NCBI GenBank assembly: GCA_964494945.1
Contig: CAZBTX010000003.1
Span: 47,897 to 111,896, forward strand
Length of the DNA: 64,000 nucleotides
Source: an uncultured Candidatus Saccharibacteria bacterium
Lineage (GTDB): Bacteria > Patescibacteriota > Minisyncoccia > Sungbacterales > JACQCQ01
Direction: 5' to 3'
Shown piece after piece: positions 1 to 10,892 of this stretch (position 1 is its first letter; the number at the start of each line of letters is the position of its first letter). A program made the translations under genes and the position numbers. The notes under the pieces were generated by a model. It was not told the origin of the DNA, did no database searches, and saw only the letters and a list, made by a program, of their open reading frames with translations.

Positions 1-495
1 GTGGTCGCGGCGCGCAATCAGGCGGCACGAGCCGTCGGGGAATGCGAGATAGATTCCCTCGCGGATATCCCATACGGTCGTACCGGTGGCGAGAAAATCA
101 GGCACCGGCAGGGCCAGTGCCCACGTGCCACGCGAGAACCATCCGTCGGCGTGGTACGTCCACTCCTCGCCCTCGGCCGGGGTTCCGAAACCCGGAACCT
201 CGATCATCGGGGTGAGGCGCTCCGGGCGGAGCGCATCCGCGGCGCGCTTGAGCCAGCCGCGCACATAGTGCGCCTCGCCCTGTTGCCCCACGTTCCGAAG
301 CGTCCCGGCGTGGAGCCATGAGCCGATGGCGACGTCGCCGTTCGGCTCGTAGTGCGCGAGGAGTGTGATCCCCGCGTTGGCGCCGAACGCAACGTAGTAC
401 GTACGCTGGTCGGCCGAGACCGCGAAAGTCCGGGGATGCCCCCCGGGGAACTCCCCGATGGGAGCGTCGAACAGGTAACTCTCTCTCGTTTCCAT
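1..495 (-). CDS. hypothetical protein (runs off window start)
   Basis: ATG at 495 preceded by GAGGGG; reads METRESYLFDAPIGEFPGG... open to the window edge; high GC; absent from the ORF track because it has no stop in the window. Confidence 0.55.
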   Translation of the reverse strand, partial: METRESYLFDAPIGEFPGGHPRTFAVSADQRTYYVAFGANAGITLLAHYEPNGDVAIGSWLHAGTLRNVGQQGEAHYVRGWLKRAADALRPERLTPMIEVPGFGTPAEGEEWTYHADGWFSRGTWALALPVPDFLATGTTVWDIREGIYLAFPDGSCRLIARRDH

Positions 496-926
496 TGCTT
501 TTCCCCTCGCCGCGCTTTGCGCGGCTCCGATCGTTTCGCACCCTGCACCATGCGGGATGCGTACCCCAATCCCCTCTATGCGGGGAAATTTGTTCTAAAC
601 GTACCTCTTAGAACCTCCGAACTTTCATTCCGAGATTCAGTTGAAGCACGAGGTGCGTTCCAGCGGACTTCGCAGGTCCGCACCTCGTTTCGCGTGCCCC
701 GTACGGAGCTGCCGGCCGCGAAAGCCGTTCGGTTCTGATTTGGCGTAGATTGTGGCAGGGCTCTACGCTCACCTTACCGAAAAAGGAATTGCCGGCCCAT
801 GGAAAGTCCCGTTGTCTTGATCTTGGCGATTCATCGGCTTCCCCGCGATGGGCCAAGTTTTTCTCATGCCATGCCTGTCGCCAACATGGGCTTCCCTCCT
901 TTCTTGCGCCTTTGGCTCGGCGCTAG

Positions 927-1247
927 TTACTGCTTCTTCTTGCCGGTGCCCATGCCGGCCGCCATCTGCCGATTCTCCTCGGCGCGACGGTCGCGGTTTT
1001 TGAGCTGACGCTTCTTCCGCGCCGCCTCGCACGAGTGCGAGGCCGTCCGCTCGGAGGCCTGCCGGTTGGCGAGCATACGCCTCGCGCAGGCGAGCCGCGG
1101 CCGCCAGAAGTCGGTGTATCCGAGCTCGTGCGACACGAGCTGGATGTCGGCCGCGACCGTCGAGGTCGCGATCTGACCCGGCAGGGTGCCGGCGAGAAAC
1201 TGGTGCAACCGCCGAATAGAAATGTTCAGGTCGTTCATCACGGTCAT
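927..1247 (-). CDS. hypothetical protein, basic C-terminus
   Basis: 106-aa ORF with upstream GAGAGGA SD-like motif. Confidence 0.5.
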   Translation of the reverse strand: MTVMNDLNISIRRLHQFLAGTLPGQIATSTVAADIQLVSHELGYTDFWRPRLACARRMLANRQASERTASHSCEAARKKRQLKNRDRRAEENRQMAAGMGTGKKKQ

Positions 1248-1416
1248 CGTTGTTCCTCTCGTCGCGGTTCGCGGCTTCTGGTTTTCTTACGGAACTTTTA
1301 CTCCTTTGAATCCGCCAGCCAATCTGGTGGACTCGGTTAGAGTGGAGAGTTCCGTCCGTGCTTCGGACGGAGCTCTCCAAGGGATTGCTACCTGTGAGTT
1401 TCCCGAGCTCCGTCCG

Positions 1417-1812
1417 CTATCGGACGGCGTTGCCTGGGTGACTCTTCTTCTCGGCGCGACGGCTCATCTCGGTTCCCACGGTCACGAGGCCGTAGGCAGC
1501 GAGGACGAGGTACGCTGGGGTAGCGCTTGCCCACATGTTGCGTTGCATGTTATCGATGACCCCCGCGAATCCGAAGAGCATCGGGATTACCGCGATGAAT
1601 GCCACTCCGCCCCAGCCCGAGTGGTAGCAGGAGCGCCGGCAGAACCGGAGCGCGAACCCGATGAACCCGATCGTCACCATCATCATGAAGAGGATGTATG
1701 ATGGTGTGGAGAGGTTTCCGTCGTGCCACCAGAAGAGGAGGCACGCCAGGAGGCCGACCGCGATCAGAACCACTTCGAGCGCGACGCATTGCCGATGTGT
1801 CAGTTCGCTCAT
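1417..1812 (-). CDS. hypothetical membrane protein (about 4 TM)
   Basis: MSELTHRQ start preceded by GGAGGG; four hydrophobic segments. Confidence 0.6.
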   Translation of the reverse strand: MSELTHRQCVALEVVLIAVGLLACLLFWWHDGNLSTPSYILFMMMVTIGFIGFALRFCRRSCYHSGWGGVAFIAVIPMLFGFAGVIDNMQRNMWASATPAYLVLAAYGLVTVGTEMSRRAEKKSHPGNAVR

Positions 1813-2226
1813 GTGACCCTCCGCTGTTGTATAGCATTGCGGTTTTTGAACGGAAGTCGCGATTCTCCCTATCGGGAGAAAGATGACGAGAGAAATTATG
1901 TGAAGAACAATCGTAGCTCTCGTCATCTTTCTCCTTCCGTTTTGCTTTTGTCTCTATAGAAAAAACAAAACGGCCGGGAGATATTTTTTCACCCGCCTTC
2001 GCATAAAGCTTTAGCGGGCAAAGAAGAAGCATCTCCTGGCCGTTCAGAATGGGTTAAGGCATAAAGCCGTTTATTTTGAATACACCATTTGATAGCAATG
2101 AGAAAACCTCTCCTCAATTTTCCTTTGCTTTATGTGCCCTCCGAACCCTTTCAAGGTAGGGAGGCGTTATTTTTCAAATTGCGGGCCTTTCTTGCGGAAT
2201 CTTGAGTACTGAAATCTTACGTTTGC

Positions 2227-2255
2227 ACCCTAGCATAGATTATTGACTTTGTCAA
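2227..2255 (-). promoter_or_regulatory. putative sigma70 promoter
   Basis: Minus strand TTGACA-17nt-TAGGGT. Confidence 0.4.
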
Positions 2256-2336
2256 GTGCTTTGACATGAAAAGACACCAAAAACGGCTTATTTGCTGGGA
2301 AATAAGTCGTTTTGGGGTGGGTTGTTTTTTAGGGTT

Positions 2337-4334
2337 TTAGAGCAAACGCACCAAAAGCAAAGCCACTATATTCACTATTTTTATCATGGGGTTTATAGCG
2401 GGGCCTGCTGTGTCTTTATAGGGGTCGCCGACGGTGTCCCCAGTAACGGCCGCTTGATGGGCGGGGGATTTCTTGCCGCCGTAATTGCCTTCTTCAATAT
2501 ATTTTTTGGCGTTGTCCCAAGCGGCTCCTCCGGCCGTCATGGAGAGCGCCACAAAAAGCCCCGTAAGTAGCGAACCGATTAGAACTCCGCCCAGCGCTTC
2601 AGCGGCGTGCCCGCGGAAAATTATAACTATCAATATGGGAATTACGACGGGTATGAGCGCGGGAATTATCATTTCGCGAATGGCGGCTTTAGTCACGATG
2701 TCCACAGCCCTTCTGTAATCGGGCTTGGCCGTACCCTCCAGAATGCCTTTTATCTCGCGAAACTGGGCCCTGACTTCTTCCACGACTTCACCCGCGGCTT
2801 TGCCGACAGCCCGCATGGCGATGGAAGCAAAAAGATAGGGCATCATGCCTCCGACAAAAAGCCCCGCCAGCAAATACGGATTGGAAAGATCAAAGACCGC
2901 GAAGTTGCCGAAACTTTTTAACTCTTCGGCGTATGAGGCAAAAAGCACAAGTGCCGCAAGTCCGGCGGAGGCAATGGCATAACCTTTGGTAATGGCTTTA
3001 GTGGTATTGCCGACGGCGTCCAGCGGGTCGGTAACGGCGCGTACCGAATCAGAAAGGCCGGCCATTTCGGCAATCCCACCGGCGTTATCCGTAATGGGGC
3101 CGAAAGAATCAATCGCGACAATAATGCCGGCGAGCGATAACATGGCGACTCCCGCAACGGCAATGCCGTAAAGTCCGAAAATAAGGTAAGCCGTTATCAT
3201 GCCTCCCGCGATCACCAGTACCGGGAAGGCCGTGGCCTCCATGGACATGGCAAGTCCCATTATCATATTGGTTCCGTGCCCCGTGGTAGATGAACGCGCG
3301 ATATTTTTAACCGGCCTGAATTTTTTAGAAGTGTAATATTCGGTGGCCAACATCATAAGCGCTGTTACAAAAAATCCGACAAGCCCCGCAAAAAACGCGC
3401 GAGTCGCGTCTCCGCCCATGAAAAATGATTTTGTTATGGGATAGAGAAATATGGCCGCGAGCGCCGAAGAAGCTATCAAACCACGATACATACCTCCCAT
3501 GATTGAGCCGCCCTCTTTAACTCTCACGGCGAAATTTCCGAGAATGGAAGCGACAATGGAGGCGGCACCGATTGATAGCGGGAAAAGTATCATTTTTTCA
3601 TTGCCGGGGAATATAAGAGACCCAAGAAGCATCGCGGCAATCGTGGTAACGGCATAGGTCTCAAAAAGGTCCGCCGCCATGCCTGAAACGTCGCCCACAT
3701 TGTCGCCCGTCGCATCAGCAATAACAGCCGGATTTCGGGGGTCGTCCTCCGGAATACCCGCTTCAATTTTTCCCACGAGGTCCGCGCCCACATCCGCTCC
3801 TTTGGTGAAAATCCCGCCCCCGAGGCGCGCAAATACCGAGATCAGTGAGCCGCCGAAGCCAAGACCTATAAGAGCTGAAATATCATTGAAAATAAAATAA
3901 AAAAGCGAAACGGAAAGAAGTGCCAGTCCCACCACTAAAAATCCCGTAACCGAGCCGCCTTGATAAGCAACCTTAAATGCCCTAGACAGTCCGTTTTTCG
4001 CCGCTTCGGCTACTCGCGTATTGGCATCAACCGCCGTCATCATGCCGAGATACCCGGCGAGGCCCGAAGCAAAAGCGCCGATCAAGAATCCGAGCGCGGT
4101 TTTCCCGCCAATGGCGTACCAAATGATGACGGCGAGGACGATGGCAACCCAGAGCACCGTGATATTTTGGCGTTTCAAATAGGCCTTGGAGCCCTCGCGG
4201 ATGGCATTAGCGATCTCTATCATTTTGGCCTCGCCCCTGGGATACTTCTTCAATCGGTACATGGTGGATATCGCAAAAGCGATTGAACCAAAAGCGACAA
4301 TAATTGGAGCAAACAAAGAAAATGAAGCGAACAT
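2337..4334 (-). CDS. hppA: membrane-bound H+-translocating pyrophosphatase, K+-independent type
   Basis: [41 protein letters not shown] and [14 protein letters not shown] motifs; GNTTKA (Lys) marks the K+-independent subfamily. Confidence 0.96.
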   Translation of the reverse strand: MFASFSLFAPIIVAFGSIAFAISTMYRLKKYPRGEAKMIEIANAIREGSKAYLKRQNITVLWVAIVLAVIIWYAIGGKTALGFLIGAFASGLAGYLGMMTAVDANTRVAEAAKNGLSRAFKVAYQGGSVTGFLVVGLALLSVSLFYFIFNDISALIGLGFGGSLISVFARLGGGIFTKGADVGADLVGKIEAGIPEDDPRNPAVIADATGDNVGDVSGMAADLFETYAVTTIAAMLLGSLIFPGNEKMILFPLSIGAASIVASILGNFAVRVKEGGSIMGGMYRGLIASSALAAIFLYPITKSFFMGGDATRAFFAGLVGFFVTALMMLATEYYTSKKFRPVKNIARSSTTGHGTNMIMGLAMSMEATAFPVLVIAGGMITAYLIFGLYGIAVAGVAMLSLAGIIVAIDSFGPITDNAGGIAEMAGLSDSVRAVTDPLDAVGNTTKAITKGYAIASAGLAALVLFASYAEELKSFGNFAVFDLSNPYLLAGLFVGGMMPYLFASIAMRAVGKAAGEVVEEVRAQFREIKGILEGTAKPDYRRAVDIVTKAAIREMIIPALIPVVIPILIVIIFRGHAAEALGGVLIGSLLTGLFVALSMTAGGAAWDNAKKYIEEGNYGGKKSPAHQAAVTGDTVGDPYKDTAGPAINPMIKIVNIVALLLVRLL

Positions 4335-4353
4335 ATTTATTCTTATTTTTTAT

Positions 4354-4427
4354 CCCCCACACCAGAACGTGGGCTTATAGTATTTGCTTGATTGCTTTCG
4401 GCAATCTGCCCACGTTTGGTGTGGGGG
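4354..4427. mobile_element. CCCCCACACCA...TGGTGTGGGGG inverted-repeat element overlapping the nusA 3' end
   Basis: cccccacaccagaacgtgggc ... gcccacgtttggtgtggggg; encodes the last NusA residues and stop. Confidence 0.7.
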
Positions 4428-5766
4428 CGAGCTGATTTTTAGTTGTCTTTCTCGTCTTTTTCTTCGGTACTTCTTCGGTTGACGCCGCGGGCGTTTTTTC
4501 GGACGCTTTTAATTCTTCGATTTTTTCTGCCGATACTTCCGGAGTTACTTCTTCAGGAGCCGTTGCTTCTTCTCTGGGTTTATCGGACCTTACGTCAATT
4601 TTCCAGCCGGTCAGTTTGGCGGCCAGCCGCACGTTTTGCCCGCCCTTGCCGATAGCCAGCGACAACTGATCATCAGGGACGGTAACGCGCGCTTCTCGGG
4701 TTTCCGGGTTGACTTCCGCGTCAATGACTTTGGCGGGGGAAAGAGCATGCGATATGAAAGTCGCGGGGTCTTCGGCCCATTCAATAATGTCAATTTTTTC
4801 TCCGGCCAGTTCATGTATGACCGTAGAAACCCGTACGCCTTTTTGGCCGACCATGGAGCCAACCGGGTCAATACCTTCTTGATTGGATGCCACCGCCACC
4901 TTGGAGCGAGAGCCGGCTTCTCTGGCTATCACTTTAATTTCCACGCTAGCGGCCGCAATTTCCGGCACTTCCAATTCAAAAAGTTTTTTTACAAGCCGCG
5001 GATGCGAACGGGAAACGATGATACCCGGGCCTCTCGGATTTTTTTCAACCGAGACGATCAAAACCTTGATGCGTTCTCCCATGCGGTATCTCTCAAAGGA
5101 AACCTGTTCTTCGGCGGGGAGAAGTGCGGTAGTGCGGCCAAAATCAATGAAAACATTCCGGCCCTCCACGCGCTGGACCATGCCCGAAATAAGTTCGCCC
5201 TCATGGTCTTTGTATTCGTTATAAATGGCGTCTCGCTCCGCTTCACGAATTCTTTGTATAATTACTTGCTTGGCGGTTTGCGCGGCAATACGGCCGAAGT
5301 CCTCTTTGAATTCAAGCGGGAATTCCAGTTCGTCGCCGGGTAGGGCGTCTTTTTTTATTTTTTTGGCCTCGTCCGCCATCAAATGCTTTTCCGGATTGAA
5401 GCGCACCTTTCTTTCGGTCTCGGTGGGGATTCCTTCCATTTCATCCTCATCTCGCAATGGGCCGCGGCTATTTGTCGCGCGCCTAACGCTCTCGGCAAAT
5501 CGCTCGGTTCTTTCGCGCTCTTCGGCTTCAATTTCTTCCTCGGATTTCAGCATGGATTCGTCCACCACTATCTTTATTTGCTTCATTTTTACGTCCCCCG
5601 TGGCGGGATTAAAAACGGCGCGTATGATCTGCCCCTTTTTGCCGTAGTCCTTTTTATAAGCCGCGGCTAAAGCCATCTCAATCGTTTCAATGACCTTTTC
5701 CACCGCGATGCCTTTTTCTTCGGCAATTTGCTGAATAGCCGATCCGAATTGTTTTAAGTCAAACAT
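4375..5766 (-). CDS. nusA: transcription termination/antitermination factor NusA
   Basis: FGRIAAQTAKQVI, S1 and KH domains (AREAGSRSKVAV, SLAIGKGGQNVRLAAKLTGWKID). Confidence 0.97.
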   Translation of the reverse strand: MFDLKQFGSAIQQIAEEKGIAVEKVIETIEMALAAAYKKDYGKKGQIIRAVFNPATGDVKMKQIKIVVDESMLKSEEEIEAEERERTERFAESVRRATNSRGPLRDEDEMEGIPTETERKVRFNPEKHLMADEAKKIKKDALPGDELEFPLEFKEDFGRIAAQTAKQVIIQRIREAERDAIYNEYKDHEGELISGMVQRVEGRNVFIDFGRTTALLPAEEQVSFERYRMGERIKVLIVSVEKNPRGPGIIVSRSHPRLVKKLFELEVPEIAAASVEIKVIAREAGSRSKVAVASNQEGIDPVGSMVGQKGVRVSTVIHELAGEKIDIIEWAEDPATFISHALSPAKVIDAEVNPETREARVTVPDDQLSLAIGKGGQNVRLAAKLTGWKIDVRSDKPREEATAPEEVTPEVSAEKIEELKASEKTPAASTEEVPKKKTRKTTKNQLAPTPNVGRLPKAIKQIL

Positions 5767-5772
5767 TTTCTT

Positions 5773-5855
5773 TAGCCACTAGCGACTAGAAACTAGTCAC
5801 TAGGAATTTTTATCTTCCGCTGCGGCTAGTCGCTAGGAACTAGTGGCTAGTCGCT
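5773..5855. repeat. heptamer-periodic inverted repeat (CTAGCGA/CTAGTCG-like)
   Basis: ccactagcgactagaaactagtcactag ... ctagtcgctaggaactagtggctagtcgc. Confidence 0.7.
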
Positions 5856-6043
5856 TATTAAGAGCAAAGACCCGTTCTCACGGGTCCTACTTGGTTGCCA
5901 TATTGGCAGTACAATTTTCATTGTAGCACGTGGCTTGACCTCGTCAAGTGCGACTCCGGGGAATACCATGGAGTTTAGCCGTATCCCCAAGTTGGGGAGC
6001 GTAAGATCAGCGCTTTTTGTGATATTATTTAGACAAACACTAT

Positions 6044-6134
6044 TAAATTCAAAAATCAAAGGTCAAAAGTCAAAATGATTGTAGCGCTGAAAGCGCTTCC
6101 TAAATTTTGACTTTTGCATTTTGAATTTTGATTT
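6044..6134. repeat. heptamer-periodic inverted repeat (TCAAAAN/TTTTGAN)
   Basis: aattcaaaaatcaaaggtcaaaagtcaaaa ... ttttgacttttgcattttgaattttga. Confidence 0.7.
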
Positions 6135-6141
6135 ATCCACT

Positions 6142-7896
6142 GTGCCCCTCATTCACGATAATCAGCTAAAGGCCCTTCTCAAAGATACCAACGCCGTATC
6201 CAAAGATTTGCTTACAGAAGCCGAAGCCGAAGCCAAGACCGGGGGGAAGCGCTTAAGGGATGTATTGCTGAACAAGGGGATCATAAAAGAAGAAGAGCTT
6301 CATCAACTGGAGGCGTATATTTTGGGTATTCCTTACGTGGACTTGGAAAAAGAAAACATCAGTCCCGAAGTTTTACACATCATTCCCGAGCCCATCGCCA
6401 AAAAAAATAATATTGTGGCCTACAAAAAAGAGGGGAAGGATTTACATGTTGCCATGCTGGACCCCGAAGATATCCAGACCATTGAATTTATAAAGAAAAA
6501 GGCGGGGTTACGGATACTCCCGCGGCTAACCAACACGGCTTCTATCAAGAACGTATTGAGGCAATACCAAAAATCGCTGGCGGCGGAGTTTTCCGAGCTG
6601 ATCTCCAAAGATGCCGCTGAAGCGCTGGTGGTTAGAGCCGAGTCGGGGGAACCGGCTGACGAGAAGGACTTGAAAAAGATGGCTGAGGACCTGCCGGTGA
6701 TTCGCATAGTTGATTCCATCATTCGCCAGGCCATAATTTCCACCGCTTCCGACATACATATTGAACCGCTGGAAAAAGAAGTCATCGTGCGTTACAGGAT
6801 TGACGGGATCCTTCATGACCAGCTCAAACTGCCAAAAGAAATAGCACCTGGAGTGGTGGCCAGGATCAAGGTTCTGGCGAGTCTTAAATTGGACGAACAC
6901 CGCCTGCCGCAAGACGGGCGCTTCAAGATAGAAACCCCGGAATATAAATTTTCTTTCCGCGTTTCCATATTGCCGGTCTTTGACGGAGAAAAGATCGTAA
7001 TGCGGCTTCTACCCGAGGGCTCGCACACATTCTCCTTGGAGCAACTCGGATTTTTTGGCGAGATGCTGGAGCGGGTGCACCGCGCCATAAAAAAACCTAC
7101 AGGCATATTGCTTGCCACCGGCCCCACGGGTTCCGGCAAAACCACGACCCTTTACACAATCTTAGACATGTTGAATGTCCCGGGCGTGAATATTTCCACC
7201 GTTGAAGATCCAGTGGAATACCGCATGCAGCGCGTCAATCAAACGCAGGTAAGGGCCGATATCGGCCTCACTTTCGCCTCGGGACTTCGCACCCTTCTTC
7301 GGCAGGACCCCAACATCATCATGGTGGGCGAGATCCGCGACAACGAAACGGCGGGGCTCGCCATTAACGCGGCCCTAACAGGGCATTTAGTGCTCTCAAC
7401 CCTGCATACCAATTCCGCCGCCGGTTCTCTGCCGCGGTTATTAGACATGAAGATTGAGCCATTTTTGATCGCCTCCACCGTGAACGCCGTCATTGCCCAG
7501 CGGCTGGTGCGTACCCTTTGTGAAGAAAAAGAGATGCGTATTTTGACCGCGGCCGAGATAAGCTCGTTTTCCAAGCAGGTGGATTTGAAACACGTGGTGG
7601 AAAAGTTGAAACAAGAAAAGATCGTGGAACCGAAAGCCGATGTGGGAAACATCAAATGGGGTTTTCCCCGAAAAACCGAAAGTTGCCCGGACGGCTATAA
7701 GGGCAGGATCGGCATACACGAAGTTCTGGAAATGACATCCACCATCAAAGAGCTGATATTAAAGAACGCCACCACCGACCAAATCCATGACGAGGCCCGG
7801 AAAGAAGGCATGCTCACTATGCTGGAAGACGGTTTTGTCAAAGCGGCGCAGGGCGTCACGTCGCTGGAGGAGGTATTGCGCGTAACCAGCGAGTAA
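6142..7896 (+). CDS. pilB: type IV pilus assembly ATPase PilB/GspE
   Basis: Walker A TGPTGSGKTT, TVEDPVE, LRQDPNIIMVGEIRD, LTGHLVLSTLHTN; GTG start at 6142 chosen because upstream codons are repeat DNA. Confidence 0.93.
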   Translation: MPLIHDNQLKALLKDTNAVSKDLLTEAEAEAKTGGKRLRDVLLNKGIIKEEELHQLEAYILGIPYVDLEKENISPEVLHIIPEPIAKKNNIVAYKKEGKDLHVAMLDPEDIQTIEFIKKKAGLRILPRLTNTASIKNVLRQYQKSLAAEFSELISKDAAEALVVRAESGEPADEKDLKKMAEDLPVIRIVDSIIRQAIISTASDIHIEPLEKEVIVRYRIDGILHDQLKLPKEIAPGVVARIKVLASLKLDEHRLPQDGRFKIETPEYKFSFRVSILPVFDGEKIVMRLLPEGSHTFSLEQLGFFGEMLERVHRAIKKPTGILLATGPTGSGKTTTLYTILDMLNVPGVNISTVEDPVEYRMQRVNQTQVRADIGLTFASGLRTLLRQDPNIIMVGEIRDNETAGLAINAALTGHLVLSTLHTNSAAGSLPRLLDMKIEPFLIASTVNAVIAQRLVRTLCEEKEMRILTAAEISSFSKQVDLKHVVEKLKQEKIVEPKADVGNIKWGFPRKTESCPDGYKGRIGIHEVLEMTSTIKELILKNATTDQIHDEARKEGMLTMLEDGFVKAAQGVTSLEEVLRVTSE

Positions 7897-7977
7897 AAAC
7901 AAGCGACATGAAACAAGCGACAAGCGACAAGTATTCATATCAGCCATGTCACATGTCCCTTGTTGCATGCTACTAAT

Positions 7978-9192
7978 ATGAGATTCCACTACACCGCGAT
8001 TGACAGGGCGGGGGCCGTCCAAAAGGGCGAGCGCGAGGCCGTTGACGAGAAGGAACTTTCTCGGACACTGCGCCAAGAGGGTTTACTTTTGACGCTCGCG
8101 CGTCCGGCGGGCAAGGACGCCGGCATTTCATATCTGCTGACTTTTTCCATCGGCGGCGTCTCGCTGGTGGATCGCATGGTGTTTGCCAGGAACTTAGGAG
8201 TTATGGTGGGAGCGGGAATTTCCGTGACGAGGGCGCTGGAAGCGCTTGAAGAGCAATCCAAGAACAAGAAATTCAAGCTGGTGATCGGCGACGTTAAAAA
8301 GAGGATCAGGGAGGGCATTTCGTTATCCGCGGCTCTTAACGCCCACCGGCAGGTTTTCGGAGATTTTTTCGTTCACATGATAGAGGCCGGCGAGGTTTCC
8401 GGTAAATTTGAGGGAGCGCTACGGCTTTTGGCGCGCCAAATGAAGCGCGACCATGATCTTCGCGCCAAAGTCAGGGGTGCTATGATGTATCCAGCGATTG
8501 TTTTTACGGCGCTTGTCGGCATCGGGATTCTCATGCTGGTTTATGTGGTGCCTACGCTCACCCAAACCTTCAAAGAGCTTGAAATTCAATTGCCGCCTAC
8601 GACCCAATTCATAATTTCCGCGAGCGATTTCGTGCAGAATTACGCGATATATACCTTGGGGGGATCAATCATGCTTGCCTATGTTGCGTATCGCGCTCTA
8701 AGATCATCCGCGGGCAGGGCGGCTTTTGACCAGGTAATCCTTAGAGTCCCCGTTCTAGGGCCTCTTACGCAGAAACTGAATGCCGCGCGCATGTCCCGAA
8801 CCCTGGCTTCTTTGATAGCGGCGGGGCTTTCCATCACCAAGGCCTTAGATATCACCTCCAGAGTGCTTGGCAACAGCCGATTCCGTGACGCCATGAAAAA
8901 TTCCGCAGTTGAAATTGAAAAAGGCAGGCCTTTCTCGGAGATCTTGAAGAATTCACCTGACCTATTTCCGCCGCTGGTCATACAAATGATCTCCGTCGGC
9001 GAAGAAACGGGGACGCTCTCTCGAATGCTTCTCCGCATCGCCCTTTTTTATGAGGAAGACATCAATAACACCACTAAAAACCTTTCTTCCATCATCGAGC
9101 CGATTATGATGATTTTCATCGGCGCCATCGTGGGGTTTTTCGCGATTTCCATGATTCAGCCGCTTTACTCGTCCTTATCCGGCATTCAATAA
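7978..9192 (+). CDS. pilC: type IV pilus inner-membrane platform protein PilC/GspF
   Basis: Two T2SSF domains (AGEVSG, VGEETG), YPAIV, IIEPIMMIFIG. Confidence 0.93.
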   Translation: MRFHYTAIDRAGAVQKGEREAVDEKELSRTLRQEGLLLTLARPAGKDAGISYLLTFSIGGVSLVDRMVFARNLGVMVGAGISVTRALEALEEQSKNKKFKLVIGDVKKRIREGISLSAALNAHRQVFGDFFVHMIEAGEVSGKFEGALRLLARQMKRDHDLRAKVRGAMMYPAIVFTALVGIGILMLVYVVPTLTQTFKELEIQLPPTTQFIISASDFVQNYAIYTLGGSIMLAYVAYRALRSSAGRAAFDQVILRVPVLGPLTQKLNAARMSRTLASLIAAGLSITKALDITSRVLGNSRFRDAMKNSAVEIEKGRPFSEILKNSPDLFPPLVIQMISVGEETGTLSRMLLRIALFYEEDINNTTKNLSSIIEPIMMIFIGAIVGFFAISMIQPLYSSLSGIQ

Positions 9193-9198
9193 TAAGTC

Positions 9199-10299
9199 AT
9201 GCTCTTTGCTCCCGTGAGAACATTAGCCAAACGCCTGTTGTCGGTTCCGATAGTGGGGCTGGATATTTCCGACCGCACCGTAAAATTTATACGTTTTAGC
9301 CGGCACCGTCTGCGTGTCAAGGTTGAGAGCTATGGCAGTGTCGCGATTGAAGAAGGAGTAGTGGTGGGCGGCGAGATAAAAAAACCGGAAATTCTCGTAC
9401 CCCAATTGGCCGCGCTTAAACTGCAAAGCGGCGGAATCTTCCGGGGCAGGTTTGTAGTCGCCTCACTCCCCGAAGAAAAAAGTTTTCTGCGCATCATTCA
9501 AGTGCCGCGGGTAAAAGTGGAAAAGCTCCAGAACGCCGTGCGCTGGGAATTAGAGGGGAATATTCCCATCGCCCCGGAAGAAATTTACTTTGATTACGAG
9601 GCGGTGCCGTCATTGGATGAGAAGCCGGATCACTTTGATGTTCTGACGATAGCTTTCCCGCGGACGATCGTTGACACTTACGTTTCCGTTTTGCGCCAGG
9701 CAGGATTTATACCCCTAGCTCTTGAATTGGAGTCCCAGTCCATCGCGAGAGCCCTTGTTGACAGAAAAGACCTTAGTACGCCGAGGGTCTTTGTGGACAT
9801 CGGGGCTTCTCGCACGAGTTTTGTTTTAGTGGGTGGCGGAACCATCATTCTTACTTCCACCATTCAGCTTTCCGGCGTGGAGTTTAACAAAGCCATTATG
9901 CGGGCCCTCAATGTGTCCTATGAAGAAGCTGAAGAGATCAAAAAGAAAGATGGGCTTCGTGAAGATGTCAATGGCGGAAAAGTGGCGGTTGTCCTAAAGC
10001 CGTTTCTTGAGACACTGTCGGATGAGATTGAAAAGCAAATAGAATTCTATCGCGATCATTTATCGGAGCATCACGGCACGTCCCGCGACATAGAATCCAT
10101 AGTTCTTACGGGCGGGGATTCCAGCTTAATAGGACTTGATGCTTATTTGGCCCGGGCGCTTAAAAAACCGGTACTGATGGCGAATTCATTCGCCTCGCTC
10201 GGAACGGCCTTCGGCGATTATATGCCGCCCATTACCCAAAAAGACGCCATGCAATTCACGACTGCCATCGGTCTTGCGCTTCGCGATATGGATATATAA
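9199..10299 (+). CDS. pilM: type IV pilus assembly protein PilM
   Basis: VGLDISD, VDIGASRT, LTGG, AIGLALR; operon context. Confidence 0.9.
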   Translation: MLFAPVRTLAKRLLSVPIVGLDISDRTVKFIRFSRHRLRVKVESYGSVAIEEGVVVGGEIKKPEILVPQLAALKLQSGGIFRGRFVVASLPEEKSFLRIIQVPRVKVEKLQNAVRWELEGNIPIAPEEIYFDYEAVPSLDEKPDHFDVLTIAFPRTIVDTYVSVLRQAGFIPLALELESQSIARALVDRKDLSTPRVFVDIGASRTSFVLVGGGTIILTSTIQLSGVEFNKAIMRALNVSYEEAEEIKKKDGLREDVNGGKVAVVLKPFLETLSDEIEKQIEFYRDHLSEHHGTSRDIESIVLTGGDSSLIGLDAYLARALKKPVLMANSFASLGTAFGDYMPPITQKDAMQFTTAIGLALRDMDI

Positions 10300-10346
10300 C
10301 CCCTCAATAACAAATTCCTAATTCCTAATTTCTAAATAATTACGCC

Positions 10347-10892
10347 GTGATCTTATTCCAGCCCAATTTGCTGCCGCCCCAAGTTCGCGACGAAACGCGA
10401 TACGCGGTGATGTCGCGCGTGGTCGCGCGTCTCGGCGTGATATTCGCGGTTCTTGCCGTATTCTTTGCCGTTTTGCTTTTGCCTTCGTTCATCTTAGTCA
10501 GTTTGCAGAAGAACGAAATTTTGCGACAAGTGGAATTTGAAGAGGCCAATCCGTTAACGCATCGCGTCAACGAAGTTGACGGCAGGGTGGACAAGGCCAA
10601 TAAGCAAATCCTCGGCTTGAAAAATAACCTTTTGGGTCAAGATACGCTTTTTTCAATGCTCTCGGCAGTGCTTGCCGACTCGCCTGAGGGCGTCAGTTTC
10701 CAGCATTTTATTTTTGACAGGGGAGAGAAAACGCTAAGTTTGGCGGGCAAGGCCAAAACCCGGGCGAGCGTTTTGGAATTGGATACGCGGCTTAAAAAAC
10801 TGCCGTTGGCGGAGAAAGTTGAACTGCCGCTTGCGAGCCTAGTGCGCGAAACCGATACTGATTTTACCATACGGATTTTATTGAAATTATGA
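10347..10892 (+). CDS. pilN: PilN-like protein
   Basis: NLLP motif, single TM, coiled coil; follows pilM. Confidence 0.75.
   Translation: MILFQPNLLPPQVRDETRYAVMSRVVARLGVIFAVLAVFFAVLLLPSFILVSLQKNEILRQVEFEEANPLTHRVNEVDGRVDKANKQILGLKNNLLGQDTLFSMLSAVLADSPEGVSFQHFIFDRGEKTLSLAGKAKTRASVLELDTRLKKLPLAEKVELPLASLVRETDTDFTIRILLKL

Noticed and set aside
769-1701. Long overlapping ORFs 769-1380 (-) and 1186-1701 (+)
   Set aside because: Shadow frames in GC-rich DNA that overlap better-supported SD-led genes.
4636-5647. Plus-strand ORFs opposite nusA (similar ones oppose hppA, hisS, nth and htrA)
   Set aside because: Antisense shadows of conserved genes.
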